A stretch of 47,914 bases of DNA, taken from the NCBI RefSeq assembly GCF_001194135.2, contig NC_068985.1:86217193-86265106 (forward strand), in the 5' to 3' direction. Both the position numbers and the translations under genes were made by a program. Below the pieces are notes generated by a model that saw only the letters and a list, made by a program, of their open reading frames with translations, was not told the DNA's origin and ran no database searches. Numbering within the stretch: position 1 is the stretch's first letter; each line of letters opens with the position of its first letter. Below, piece after piece: positions 1-10,529 of this stretch. The DNA is from Octopus bimaculoides (lineage: Eukaryota).

Positions 1-1841
1 TACAGTTCTAGTTTTATCTATTTGCTCTTTACAATACACTATGTCATGACTTTTACACTGGATATTAAATAAGGCGTCAGTAAAAGAAAAAATGTCACTG
101 AATACTTCTAACAAAAATAAGAAATCACTGGTTTGACAGACCAGTGAAGATAGAAGCTGTATCTAGACGACTTTCCATTTTTTTGTCATATTTACTGATT
201 AAATATACGAGTTCTTTGGTCACCCACCGTTTATAATTAATTGTTTTCCATCGAAGTCTCTTTTCGAAAAACTATTTCTCAAAATATCGTTTATAACACA
301 CATTTCACTCATTTCGAAAAAAGTAACACACGTATAAGCAACTGCGTAAATTGTAAGTAAATTTCAAAAAAAAACAAAAACAAAAAAAGACAGAAAAATA
401 ACGTTAGTCAAATTAAATATTTTTGTTTTCAGAACACTCCAAAAATATAATAGTGCAAACAGATGTTTTGGATAAAAAATTCAAACTTACAGCCAGGCTG
501 TTCCAAGAATTATGGCTAATTATAGAAGTTCTTAAGAACTGCTCTACTTCTGGTCAGAAAGTAGAACCAGCTAACAAAGAGTTAGAAAGGTGGGGTCATG
601 CTATTATCACCACGCATGACTTCCTATGATAAATTTGTGGAATCACTGACATAGAGAGGAAGGGGGTACAAAATATATATGCTATCGGTCTTGGCATATC
701 TTTTGACAGGTCACTAAGAGAGAGAGAGAGAGAGAAGGGGGGGAGGAAGGACAAACTAACATAGATAGGGAGTTAGGGAGTGTCTATATGCAGGATTCTC
801 AATGCATGCCTTCTCAAAGCAAAAGTACTAGTCACTGAGAGAGGGGGAGGGGAGACAGAATATTTCGAAAACAACTGGACGTATTTTTGTTTGCAAGAAA
901 GTAGCTATTTTATCTAATTTTCCAGAACATGTAGTGCGTAGCTTGCATGTCTGAGAGTGCATGCCTTTGATATATAGTGTAATACATGAATACATATATG
1001 TGAGTGATATAGATACATGAATACATGTTAGCCCAGATATCAATAGAAAGCAGTATAAATCAAAAGAACAATATCACTGTTAGCAATTGGGTTGTTCATA
1101 TGTTACATAGACAACACAGAAAATACAGAGGTTTTTGTCATCCCCTGGGGTTATCTAAACACACAACCAGCATCCATTGAATTTAGTAAAGAAATGCATG
1201 AATTATTTAGCATAACATCTTATGTGGGTGTTTGTGTGTGTTTTCCATGTGCATTTGTGTGTGTATATTTTATTAAGATATAATCTTCTGTTATTCTGGT
1301 TGTTATTGCTATTTAAAAATTTTTCTGGAGACAACAGTTAAAGATCTGCAGATAGCAGAAAAATTTCTTTTGTGTAAATATATGTATATACATAGATGTA
1401 CGTATACATACACACAAACACATACAAATCCCTAGATACCTATACACAATCTATAGATAGAAATATATCCTTACACATTACAAGTAAATAAATTGGGTTT
1501 TTTTTAATCTTTTTCCAATGAAAGTTGAATCAATAATTTGATAAATACTTCAAGAATTTTCATTTTATTAAAGTATTATACTCCAAGACATACATGTTGT
1601 TATTTATTTTAAATGAATAAATAAAGGAAGTAAACATCATGCAATGAACATGTGTCATTTGAAAAATCTATCTTCAACAAAGTTTATCTTAAACACTTGT
1701 TAAGAGTTATTCAAGAAGACATATTGTTGCTAGTAAGTTAATTATGCAAGCGTTGTCTGCATACAGAGGCAGAGCTATAGGCATAAAATAATCAATGTGA
1801 CCATACACACACACACATATATGTGTGTATATATATGTATG

Positions 1842-1894
<53 letters not shown>

Positions 1895-1929
1895 GTGCAT
1901 GAAAAAAAATATATATATATATATATATA

Positions 1930-2687
1930 NNNNNNNNNNNNNNNNNNNNNNNNNNNNNNNNNNNNNNNNNNNNNNNNNNNNNNNNNNNNNNNNNNNNNNN
2001 NNNNNNNNNNNNNNNNNNNNNNNNNNNNNNNNNNNNNNNNNNNNNNNNNNNNNNNNNNNNNNNNNNNNNNNNNNNNNNNNNNNNNNNNNNNNNNNNNNNN
2101 NNNNNNNNNNNNNNNNNNNNNNNNNNNNNNNNNNNNNNNNNNNNNNNNNNNNNNNNNNNNNNNNNNNNNNNNNNNNNNNNNNNNNNNNNNNNNNNNNNNN
2201 NNNNNNNNNNNNNNNNNNNNNNNNNNNNNNNNNNNNNNNNNNNNNNNNNNNNNNNNNNNNNNNNNNNNNNNNNNNNNNNNNNNNNNNNNNNNNNNNNNNN
2301 NNNNNNNNNNNNNNNNNNNNNNNNNNNNNNNNNNNNNNNNNNNNNNNNNNNNNNNNNNNNNNNNNNNNNNNNNNNNNNNNNNNNNNNNNNNNNNNNNNNN
2401 NNNNNNNNNNNNNNNNNNNNNNNNNNNNNNNNNNNNNNNNNNNNNNNNNNNNNNNNNNNNNNNNNNNNNNNNNNNNNNNNNNNNNNNNNNNNNNNNNNNN
2501 NNNNNNNNNNNNNNNNNNNNNNNNNNNNNNNNNNNNNNNNNNNNNNNNNNNNNNNNNNNNNNNNNNNNNNNNNNNNNNNNNNNNNNNNNNNNNNNNNNNN
2601 NNNNNNNNNNNNNNNNNNNNNNNNNNNNNNNNNNNNNNNNNNNNNNNNNNNNNNNNNNNNNNNNNNNNNNNNNNNNNNNNNNNNNNN
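1930..2687. other. Assembly gap (N run); other gaps at 4505-4900, 6546-6834, 9134-9581, 12675-13310, 16414-16559, 24152-24161, 31790-31923, 36762-36771, 42300-42481, 47028-47041
   Basis: Runs of N, nearly all flanked by (TA)n, (GA)n, (GATA)n, poly-A or minisatellite sequence, as expected for short-read scaffolding gaps. Confidence 0.99.
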
Positions 2688-2707
2688 ATATATATATATA
2701 TATATAT

Positions 2708-3242
2708 ACTTTTATTCTTTTGTTTCAGTCATCTGACTGCGGCCATGCTGGAGCACCACCTATAGTCTTTAGTCAGAGAAATCGCCCCCAGGACTTATTC
2801 ATTGTAAGCCTAGTACTTATTCTATTGGGCTCTTTTGCTGAACTGCTAAGTTACAGAGACATAAACAGACCAATATCTTTTACTTGTTTCAGTCATTTGA
2901 CTGTAGCCATGCTAGGGCATCACCTTGAGACTTAAGTTGAATGAATTGATCCCAGTACTTATTTTTTTTAAAGCTTCGTATTTATTCTATCAGTCTCTTT
3001 GCTGAATTGCCAAGTTACAAGGGCATAAACAAACCAACACTGGTTGTCAAACAGTGGTGGCATACACACACAGAAATGATACATAGATATGACAGGCTTT
3101 TTTCAGTTTCTGTCTACCAAATTCACACGCAAGGCTTTGGTTGGCCTGAGGCTATAGTAGAAGACACTTACCCAACATGCCATGCAGTGGGACTGAACCC
3201 AGAACCAAGTGGTTGGGAAGCAGGCTTCTTACCTCACAGCTA
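2708..3242 (-). mobile_element. tRNA-derived SINE (family A/B), near full length, with a duplicated 3' module
   Basis: Minus strand reads a tRNA-like head (GTGAGGTAAGAAGCCTGCTTCCCAACCACTTGGTTCTGGGTTCAGTCCCACTG, B-box-like GGTTCAGTCCC). The 3' module (plus: GTTTCAGTCAT..GACTG.GGCCATGCTGGAGCACC) is present twice, 2708-2875 and 2877-3065. Homologous segments recur at 17760-18090, 22860-22960, 24875-25030 and 32375-32530. Confidence 0.8.
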
Positions 3243-3599
3243 ATATATATGTATATATATCTATATCTATGTCTACACACACACACACACACTCACATAT
3301 GTATATATACCTATGTATGTACAGATACATATATGTGTGTGTTTATGTATATGATATGGTGTGACTTAGAGATGATTAGGCTGCTATATCTAGTAGGTCA
3401 AATAACCACAGGTTCCCCACATAAAGTTGCCATTGTTTATGATCAACTGTGTTCCAGCCATGACCTTTCTGTGAATTGTGTGTAGTACTTCATTATATTA
3501 TGTCAGTAAGATGCAATTTTTGAGAGTTTTAACTGTTATTCCTGGCAGCTCAAACCACTATACAGTGGCTCTTTGATTAGCTCATAATACTGCTGTTGT

Positions 3600-3800
3600 T
3601 GTTGTTGTTGCTGTTAGTACGAAGTGAAGCTTGATTGCATAGACCCATGATAAAATTTGCTTTCATGTTGGCCGTCCTATCTTTGTATTGGACATATCCA
3701 TCAAAGACTACATATTGAATGTGTCCCCTTTTAAAGCAGTAGGATGTGATTTGAGGCTCCTTTGGTTGTTATATTTAGCAATTCAAGTGAATATGTTGTG
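3600..3800 (-). mobile_element. Interspersed repeat family F (CTAGAAATAGCAGCCAAATC...GGATGGTCATGG...CCTGGGGCTAAACAAC), degenerate copy
   Basis: Reverse-complement similarity to plus-strand copies at 20470-20670, 34440-34600, 36980-37390, 43070-43170 and 44170-44560. Confidence 0.5.
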
Positions 3801-4184
3801 GCACCTTTATTGGGTCATGACTTATGAAGCAGCCACATAGCATTTAGTGATGACAAGTTGGAGAAATTTAGAAAGAAATAACGTCATAAATCTAACGTAG
3901 TTAAGGCGGATAATGTTGCAGGATGGCATGGAAAGAGGCTAATTGGATTCGTGATAGAGTACAGGTATAACACCAATACTGTTAGCAAAGAGGGGAAACA
4001 CATTAAACTAGTAATAAGGAGAATGATAAAGCTATATAACACACGAACGCATACACACACATGTGCATATGCGCACACACACACATGTAAAGGCAATCAC
4101 AGTGAAACTTCAAAGTAAAAGTCATCTCTAGTTTTAAAGAATTAGCAGATTCTGGTACCAAGTAACTGTTTAGTTTGTGTTCTT

Positions 4185-4420
4185 CATGTCGGTGGCACGT
4201 AACCCATGCCAGTGGCACTTAAAAAGCACCATTCGAGTGTGATTGTTGCCAGCGTCGCCTTACTGGCACATGAAAAACAACATTCTAGCGCCGTTGTTGC
4301 CAGTGCCACTGGACTGGCTCCTGTGCAGGTAGCATGTAAAAAACACCTTTTGAGCATGGTCGTTGCTAGAACCACCTGACTCGCCCTCGTGCTGGTGCCA
4401 CATAAAAGCACCCACTACAC
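4185..4420 (+). mobile_element. SINE family C internal region with about 4 degenerate 50-65 bp tandem units (GTGGCAC.TAAAAAGCACC...)
   Basis: Unit starts near 4212, 4263, 4329 and 4395; related to the minus-strand segments at 33410-33450 and 34315-34400 adjoining family C tails. Confidence 0.65.
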
Positions 4421-4460
4421 TAACCCCAACATTCCGAGTTCGATTCCAGGCAGTGACCTG

Positions 4461-4496
<36 letters not shown>

Positions 4497-4900
4497 AAAA
4501 AAAANNNNNNNNNNNNNNNNNNNNNNNNNNNNNNNNNNNNNNNNNNNNNNNNNNNNNNNNNNNNNNNNNNNNNNNNNNNNNNNNNNNNNNNNNNNNNNNN
4601 NNNNNNNNNNNNNNNNNNNNNNNNNNNNNNNNNNNNNNNNNNNNNNNNNNNNNNNNNNNNNNNNNNNNNNNNNNNNNNNNNNNNNNNNNNNNNNNNNNNN
4701 NNNNNNNNNNNNNNNNNNNNNNNNNNNNNNNNNNNNNNNNNNNNNNNNNNNNNNNNNNNNNNNNNNNNNNNNNNNNNNNNNNNNNNNNNNNNNNNNNNNN
4801 NNNNNNNNNNNNNNNNNNNNNNNNNNNNNNNNNNNNNNNNNNNNNNNNNNNNNNNNNNNNNNNNNNNNNNNNNNNNNNNNNNNNNNNNNNNNNNNNNNNN

Positions 4901-5066
4901 ATATATAACATACAGAAAATTGCACTACTGGGTACTGCACACATTCTACGCAAAACACTTTCAATACAGTAAACATAAGAGCACCACAGCAAACCACAGC
5001 ACATACCCAAGGCGCACAGAGCTGCGCTCAGTAGTGAAGTGAAAGCACGTTATAAAAATAAAACTA

Positions 5067-5098
<32 letters not shown>
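4901..5098 (+). mobile_element. 3' end of an R4/Dong-clade non-LTR retrotransposon (RLE type), apparently young
   Basis: Open frame IYNIQKIALLGTAHILRKTLSIQ* (TAA 4970-4972) matches the R4-clade C-terminus (QK..LLGTA.ILR..L). A 3'UTR with intact CpGs (ACATACCCAAGGCGCACAGAGCTGCGCTC) and a (TAA)n tail follow. The upstream part is hidden in the gap at 4505-4900. Confidence 0.8.
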
Positions 5099-5100
<2 letters not shown>

Positions 5101-5150
5101 TCAAAGAAATACATTAGGAATGAGAACCTAGGTTCGAAATTTCCCCCAAG

Positions 5151-5195
5151 ACACCTGATGAAGCCTGGAGGGTATATCAGCCGAAATGTTGTGTT
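5151..5195 (+). ncRNA. Type I hammerhead ribozyme motif (Penelope-like minimal type), probably mutated
   Basis: ACAC(5151-54) CTGATGA(5155-61) A GCCTG-[GAGGGTATAT]-CAGCC GAAA(5183-86) TGTT GTGT(5191-94). Stem I is ACAC/GTGT, stem II GCCTG/CAGCC has one C-C mismatch, and the core CUGANGA and GAAA are conserved. Confidence 0.6.
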
Positions 5196-5659
5196 AACAA
5201 CAAACATGATGAGGACAAATATCCGTCAAATGTAAATAATGTACATAATTCCTCATCTCTTAGATATAGAACTGTAGATAAAATCTATCTGATGAGCTTT
5301 CAAACAGTTTCCATTTTCATCTGTGGTTAGATTTGAAATGAGAGACTTGCTTAAGATGCTACCATGTGAGATCAAACCTTCAGGTTGCATAGTTATGTTT
5401 CAACACCTTTCATTTGTTTTACATTCATTTTTTTGAGCTTGCATGAGTTGGTGGAATATCTCAAAGTATTGTTTTACAAATAGATAACCTTTCTGGTGCT
5501 AACCATTTCCTGTATTTTCAAGTCAGGGATTTTTATTCTCAGTTCCACATGGCATCAAAGCGTAAAAGGGAATGGACGATTTTTTGACTGGAGGAAATAA
5601 CTTCTTCACTTTCAAACAAGTAGATGCCATGAAAACAAACACACAGACATGCATTAAAC

Positions 5660-5685
5660 CATACACACACACACACACACATACA

Positions 5686-5762
<77 letters not shown>

Positions 5763-5790
5763 GAGTGTTTGTGTGTACACACACATACAC
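5660..5790. repeat. Compound (CA)n-(TA)n microsatellite
   Basis: Direct reading. Confidence 0.97.
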
Positions 5791-5794
5791 ACAA

Positions 5795-5880
5795 ACAGTC
5801 TTCCTTCTTTCTATCAAATCCACTCACAAGGTTTTCAGTTGTCCCAGTGTTATAATAGAAAACACTTGCCCAAAACACTG
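5795..5880 (-). mobile_element. SINE family A head fragment
   Basis: CTTTCTATCAAATCCACTCACAAGG...TATAATAGAAAACACTTGCCCAA is similar to 3100-3175. Confidence 0.6.
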
Positions 5881-6029
5881 CTCAGTTTGACTGAAATATC
5901 TATGTCGTAGATATTCAAACACATATGTAAGTGTGTGTTTATACATGTATGTGCCTGACAAATCTGCTGCTGTTCCTTCCACTTGCAGAAATATTTGAAT
6001 AAATCAATGAATGATAATAAAATAAGTCA

Positions 6030-7600
6030 CGAGATACCATAATCAATTGTTTTCTCTTTTAATTCAGTTAAACGGACAATAAGGTAACCATTTCTCACCG
6101 GTTGTTTCTTCGAAGGTCTACCTCAGGCCTTTGCCATTACTCGCATTCTTTATTGACCCTAATTCAATAACAGATGCAATCAATCTAAACATTTGAACCC
6201 TAAAAGCTCAACCTTGATATTTGCTACTCCTAAACTATGCCTGCCTGTTAACAACACGTTCTATCATAAAGTGAACCGTTCTTAATAAAGATTCGGCACT
6301 GCTCCAGCTTCCCATTAAATTTGTTGGTAAGTAGGTGTCGGTTTACTGTTTGATGGCGAAACAATTGAGTGGTTGTTCAGGTCTTTGGAACATAAAATCA
6401 AATGTAGCAGAATGTTAAAGAAATGATTAAAACTTGGAAACATCATCGATAACAACAGATAATGAAGTCGAGGAAATGAGAACAAAACTTCTTTACACCT
6501 CAGCTATAAATTATACATACATATCATACACACACACATATATACNNNNNNNNNNNNNNNNNNNNNNNNNNNNNNNNNNNNNNNNNNNNNNNNNNNNNNN
6601 NNNNNNNNNNNNNNNNNNNNNNNNNNNNNNNNNNNNNNNNNNNNNNNNNNNNNNNNNNNNNNNNNNNNNNNNNNNNNNNNNNNNNNNNNNNNNNNNNNNN
6701 NNNNNNNNNNNNNNNNNNNNNNNNNNNNNNNNNNNNNNNNNNNNNNNNNNNNNNNNNNNNNNNNNNNNNNNNNNNNNNNNNNNNNNNNNNNNNNNNNNNN
6801 NNNNNNNNNNNNNNNNNNNNNNNNNNNNNNNNNNAAACAAGACAAGAAAACAAACAGAAAAGGCTTTACGGCCAGACGAGAAAAATTATGTGTATGAACG
6901 CGATGAGGCACGAACCCGAGAGAGACAAAGTGGTGCGTGCGTTGCTTGGCGAAAGCCAAGGAAGGAAAGGATTATTGACCTGAAGCATGTGACCATGCTG
7001 GTAGAGAGAGTGGTAGAGGGAGAAACAAAGGGAGGAAGTAGAAGAATAGGTGAGCAACAGGGGAAAAGAGAAAGAGAGGAAATACGAGGGGGAAAAAAGA
7101 GGTACGTAGTAGTAACAGAGGAATAACGAGAGGGGTAAAGCGAGATACGTAGTAGTAGTAATATATATATATATATATATCTATATATATAAACAATATA
7201 TGAGTGTATGCATATATATGTACATGTATGTATATACGTTCATCTACATGTACATATAGATACATAACTGGGTACATGACGTGGCAAAAGAACAAGGACA
7301 AAATGGTAAACAAGGTGCAACAAACAAGCAGGCCACATAGAAACATCCCCTTCATCAGCTCCCATCATTAAAAGTCCGGCGTTTCGAAGAATTAAGGTAG
7401 TACGCATCATTAAAATGGTTCTTCCCATGAACACAAATTAAATTGTTTTCGTGGAGGGTAGTGGCGGACGGAAAACAAGACAGGAAAATGAAACAGTGAA
7501 ATAAACAAACAAAAAGGCTGTACAGCCAGACGTGAAGTGTGTATGTCTTGAACACTGTGAAGCATGTACAGGAGGGGCAAAGAAGTATGTGTGAGCTTGG
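6030..7600. promoter_or_regulatory. CpG-retaining island (possible unmethylated promoter/enhancer, or a young unclassified repeat)
   Basis: Roughly 35 CpG (manual count) in about 1.25 kb of non-N sequence, against about 4 per kb in regions such as 18.1-19.1 kb. Contains TTG|GTAAGT at 6327. Confidence 0.35.
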
Positions 7601-7624
7601 TGATATATATATATATATATATAT

Positions 7625-7900
7625 ATACATAGTTAAATATATATTATCATCAATTTAATATCCACTTTTCCATGGCTGCATGGAACAAATGCAATTCATT
7701 GAGTTCATTGCGACAGAATTTCTATAGCCCAATGCCCTTCCTGTCATCAAGTTTTCAAGTCTCACCTGTTCACAAATGAAGTCACAATTCCCCATTGCCA
7801 GACACGTTAAAATGGGAGACTGGAAATGAGAGACACTGCTTCGAAGATGGTGCTGCTTATTTACAACAATCAAACGATGTCAGTCGAGGATGGCAACAAC
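7625..7900 (-). mobile_element. SINE with RTE-like tail (family C variant)
   Basis: Shares CTGGAAATGA..GACACTGCTTC...ATTTACAAC.ATCA with 22725-22772 and starts with a CATCA..TTTAAT..CCACTTTTCCATG tail signature. Confidence 0.6.
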
Positions 7901-7929
7901 ATGCACACATACTCATGCACACACACAAC

Positions 7930-8035
7930 AGGGTTGTTTTAGTGTCGGTTTGAGAAGACTCTTGCTCAAGGTATCATGCAGAGAAACTGAACACTGAATC
8001 AAATGAATGGAAAGCAAACTACTTAATCATACAGC
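7930..8035 (-). mobile_element. SINE family A head fragment
   Basis: GACTCTTGCTCAAGGTATCATGCAGAGAAACTGAACACTGAATCAAAT...AAGCAAACTACTTAATCATACAGCC is the degenerate reverse complement of the tRNA head. Confidence 0.55.
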
Positions 8036-8141
8036 CAACGTGTGTGTGTGCATGTGTTTCTATGTTTGTGTGTGAATGTGTGTAATTGAATGTGTGTATG
8101 AATGTGTGTGTGAGTATGTGTGAATGTGTGTGTGTGTATAT

Positions 8142-8203
<62 letters not shown>

Positions 8204-8908
8204 CTGTGTGTGTGTGTATCGTACAATTTTGCATCATTTAACACATCATAAATGGCTAGATGCATGTTATTCGAATATTCTTTCAAAGCTATAAATCTAA
8301 TTCAATTGTTACATGGTTTATATATCACAACTTTATTGTTTTTTTTTTTCTTTAACGAGTGTTGTTGTGAAGTACTATTGTGATGTATGTAATGTATTAT
8401 ACCTGCTACCTCACGTGTCTGTATATACAACTATATGTGGGTGTCTGTGTGTCTGTGTCATAATAGTAAAAGTGTTTATCAGGATGATGTTGGTGATGAA
8501 GCAGAGAAAGAGAAGGACGTACTCTTTTAAAAGTGTGAAGTCTTGGAATTGCAGACATAAGCAATGCATAAATTACAAACTTAGCAGCATGGAAGCAAGT
8601 TATGACCATTATTGCTACTGTACCAACACCATCAATATCTCCATAAAGATTCTTAACTTACACGCACACACATGCACACACACACACACACACACACGCA
8701 CACACACACACACACACACATGCTCATGAATATGCATGTATGTATATACATACATATACATATATATGTATACACAGATGATGATGATACACATACTACA
8801 TAAACATATATATATATATATATGTACATGTATAAGCACATATATGTACATGTATGTATGTATATATGTACATACATACATAGACATGCACACAAATATA
8901 TATATCAC

Positions 8909-9070
8909 CATCATCATCATTTAATGTCTGTTGTCCATGCTGGCATGGGTTGCACAGTTTCACTGGGCTGGCACGCTGGAATGGTGTGCTAAGATCCAGT
9001 CTGATTTGGCAGGGTTTTCTAAAGCTGGATGCCCTTCCTAATGCCAACCACTCAGAGTGTAATGGGTGCA
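8909..9070 (-). mobile_element. SINE family C 3' tail ending in (GAT)n (RTE-type tail)
   Basis: Plus strand CATCATCATCATTTAATGTCTGTTGTCCATGCTGGCATGGGTTG...CTGGATGCCCTTCCTAATGCCAACC; near-identical copies at 33255 and 34163. Confidence 0.8.
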
Positions 9071-9665
9071 TATATACATGCATATTTATATATATATATA
9101 TATACATATTTATATATATACATATTTATATATNNNNNNNNNNNNNNNNNNNNNNNNNNNNNNNNNNNNNNNNNNNNNNNNNNNNNNNNNNNNNNNNNNN
9201 NNNNNNNNNNNNNNNNNNNNNNNNNNNNNNNNNNNNNNNNNNNNNNNNNNNNNNNNNNNNNNNNNNNNNNNNNNNNNNNNNNNNNNNNNNNNNNNNNNNN
9301 NNNNNNNNNNNNNNNNNNNNNNNNNNNNNNNNNNNNNNNNNNNNNNNNNNNNNNNNNNNNNNNNNNNNNNNNNNNNNNNNNNNNNNNNNNNNNNNNNNNN
9401 NNNNNNNNNNNNNNNNNNNNNNNNNNNNNNNNNNNNNNNNNNNNNNNNNNNNNNNNNNNNNNNNNNNNNNNNNNNNNNNNNNNNNNNNNNNNNNNNNNNN
9501 NNNNNNNNNNNNNNNNNNNNNNNNNNNNNNNNNNNNNNNNNNNNNNNNNNNNNNNNNNNNNNNNNNNNNNNNNNNNNNNNNATATATATATATATTTATA
9601 TATATATATATATACATATTTATATATATACATATTTATATATATATAGTATTCTTTTACAAAAT

Positions 9666-9807
9666 AATATTGACAGTGACTTTGAAGTTTTGACCAGCTA
9701 AGCCATCGTCGGTCACAACAGAGACTATACAAAGCCAAGATTAAGTTAGTGCATGGAAGTCTAAAGATGGCTTAGCTGGCTGAAACTTTGAAGTCACTAT
9801 CAATGTT
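9666..9807. repeat. Imperfect 42-bp inverted repeat with a 58-nt spacer (MITE-like or RNA hairpin)
   Basis: Arm 9666-9707 AATATTGACAGTGACTTTGAAGTTTTGACCAGCTAAGCCATC pairs with arm 9766-9807 GATGGCTTAGCTGGCTGAAACTTTGAAGTCACTATCAATGTT: 35 Watson-Crick pairs, 5 G-U and 2 A-C on the plus strand. Confidence 0.9.
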
Positions 9808-10529
9808 AATCGAGATAAAGAATAATAAATTTGTACCCTACAAAAGCATGCAGTAACTCTTCAGATTAATGTAAAATTGTTTTTATTATGACTGAACATA
9901 AAAACAAACAGTAATATATATATATGTGTGTGTGTTAATGTGTGTGTGTGTGTGTGTGTATGAACACACACACGTGTGTGTTTATATTGTATTTGGGAAG
10001 GCTTGTACTACTTATTACAATGCAAAACTTTCATACATGTCCACCCTTTTTGTAGCTAGTTCTTCAGTCCTCTGCTCATTTTTCCCTGGGCTAAACCAGC
10101 TGGAGCCCTTCCCACCTCTTTGATCAGATACCCCTCCCCATACACACACTACTCTTACAAGTAACAACCTCCTTTAGTCTTCTCTCCACCCACATGTTTT
10201 GATATTGGAGAAGTCTTGGTGGAATTCAAGAGCAATGGATTTGTGTGACCCTCTCATTGCAGAAACATTTCAGTCGCTTCTTTATAATCATCTCAGCAAT
10301 GAAAAGGGTCGGGCATGTGTGTGTGGAGGGTGTGTGCGTGCAGAAGAGCTGAAACAGTTGCTTGTGTGTTTTAGAAAGTCTTCTTGTATTTCTTCCAACC
10401 CTTTATGTTTTGAGTTCAAACCCTACCAAGCACAACTTTGCCTGTGGTCAATAATATAATATATTCACTAAGCCTGCTCCTTAAAATTGCTGGCCTTGTA
10501 CCTCCATCAAATCTATTATTTCCCCTTCA

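Larger units (their letters stand above)
4421..5275 (+). mobile_element. Chimeric short element: tRNA B-box head, (TAA)n, then a Penelope-like terminal segment carrying a hammerhead motif; interrupted by an R4 insertion
   Basis: GAGTTCGATTCC B-box at 4436-4447, (AAT)n at 4461-4486, then after the gap and R4 3' end (TAA)n 5070-5098 and a segment containing CTGATGA...CGAAA. That both flanks belong to one element is inference. Confidence 0.55.

Noticed and set aside
1797-2935. Long ORFs spanning N runs (also 4260-5042, 6434-7126, 8950-9738, 12514-13398, 16296-16663, 42240-42601)
   Set aside because: Open only because N codons and (TA)n/(CA)n repeats contain no stops.
4185-4420. Repeat-spacer-like periodicity resembling a CRISPR array
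   Set aside because: Eukaryotic context, degenerate whole-unit tandem repeats without unique spacers, and no cas genes; it is SINE internal sequence.
4436-4447. tRNA genes suggested by B-box motifs (also 32428, 46060)
   Set aside because: No cloverleaf can be built; these are SINE heads.
7340-7400. Second hammerhead candidate on the minus strand (CGAAAC ... CTGATGA)
   Set aside because: Stems I and III and the NUH cleavage site cannot be formed.
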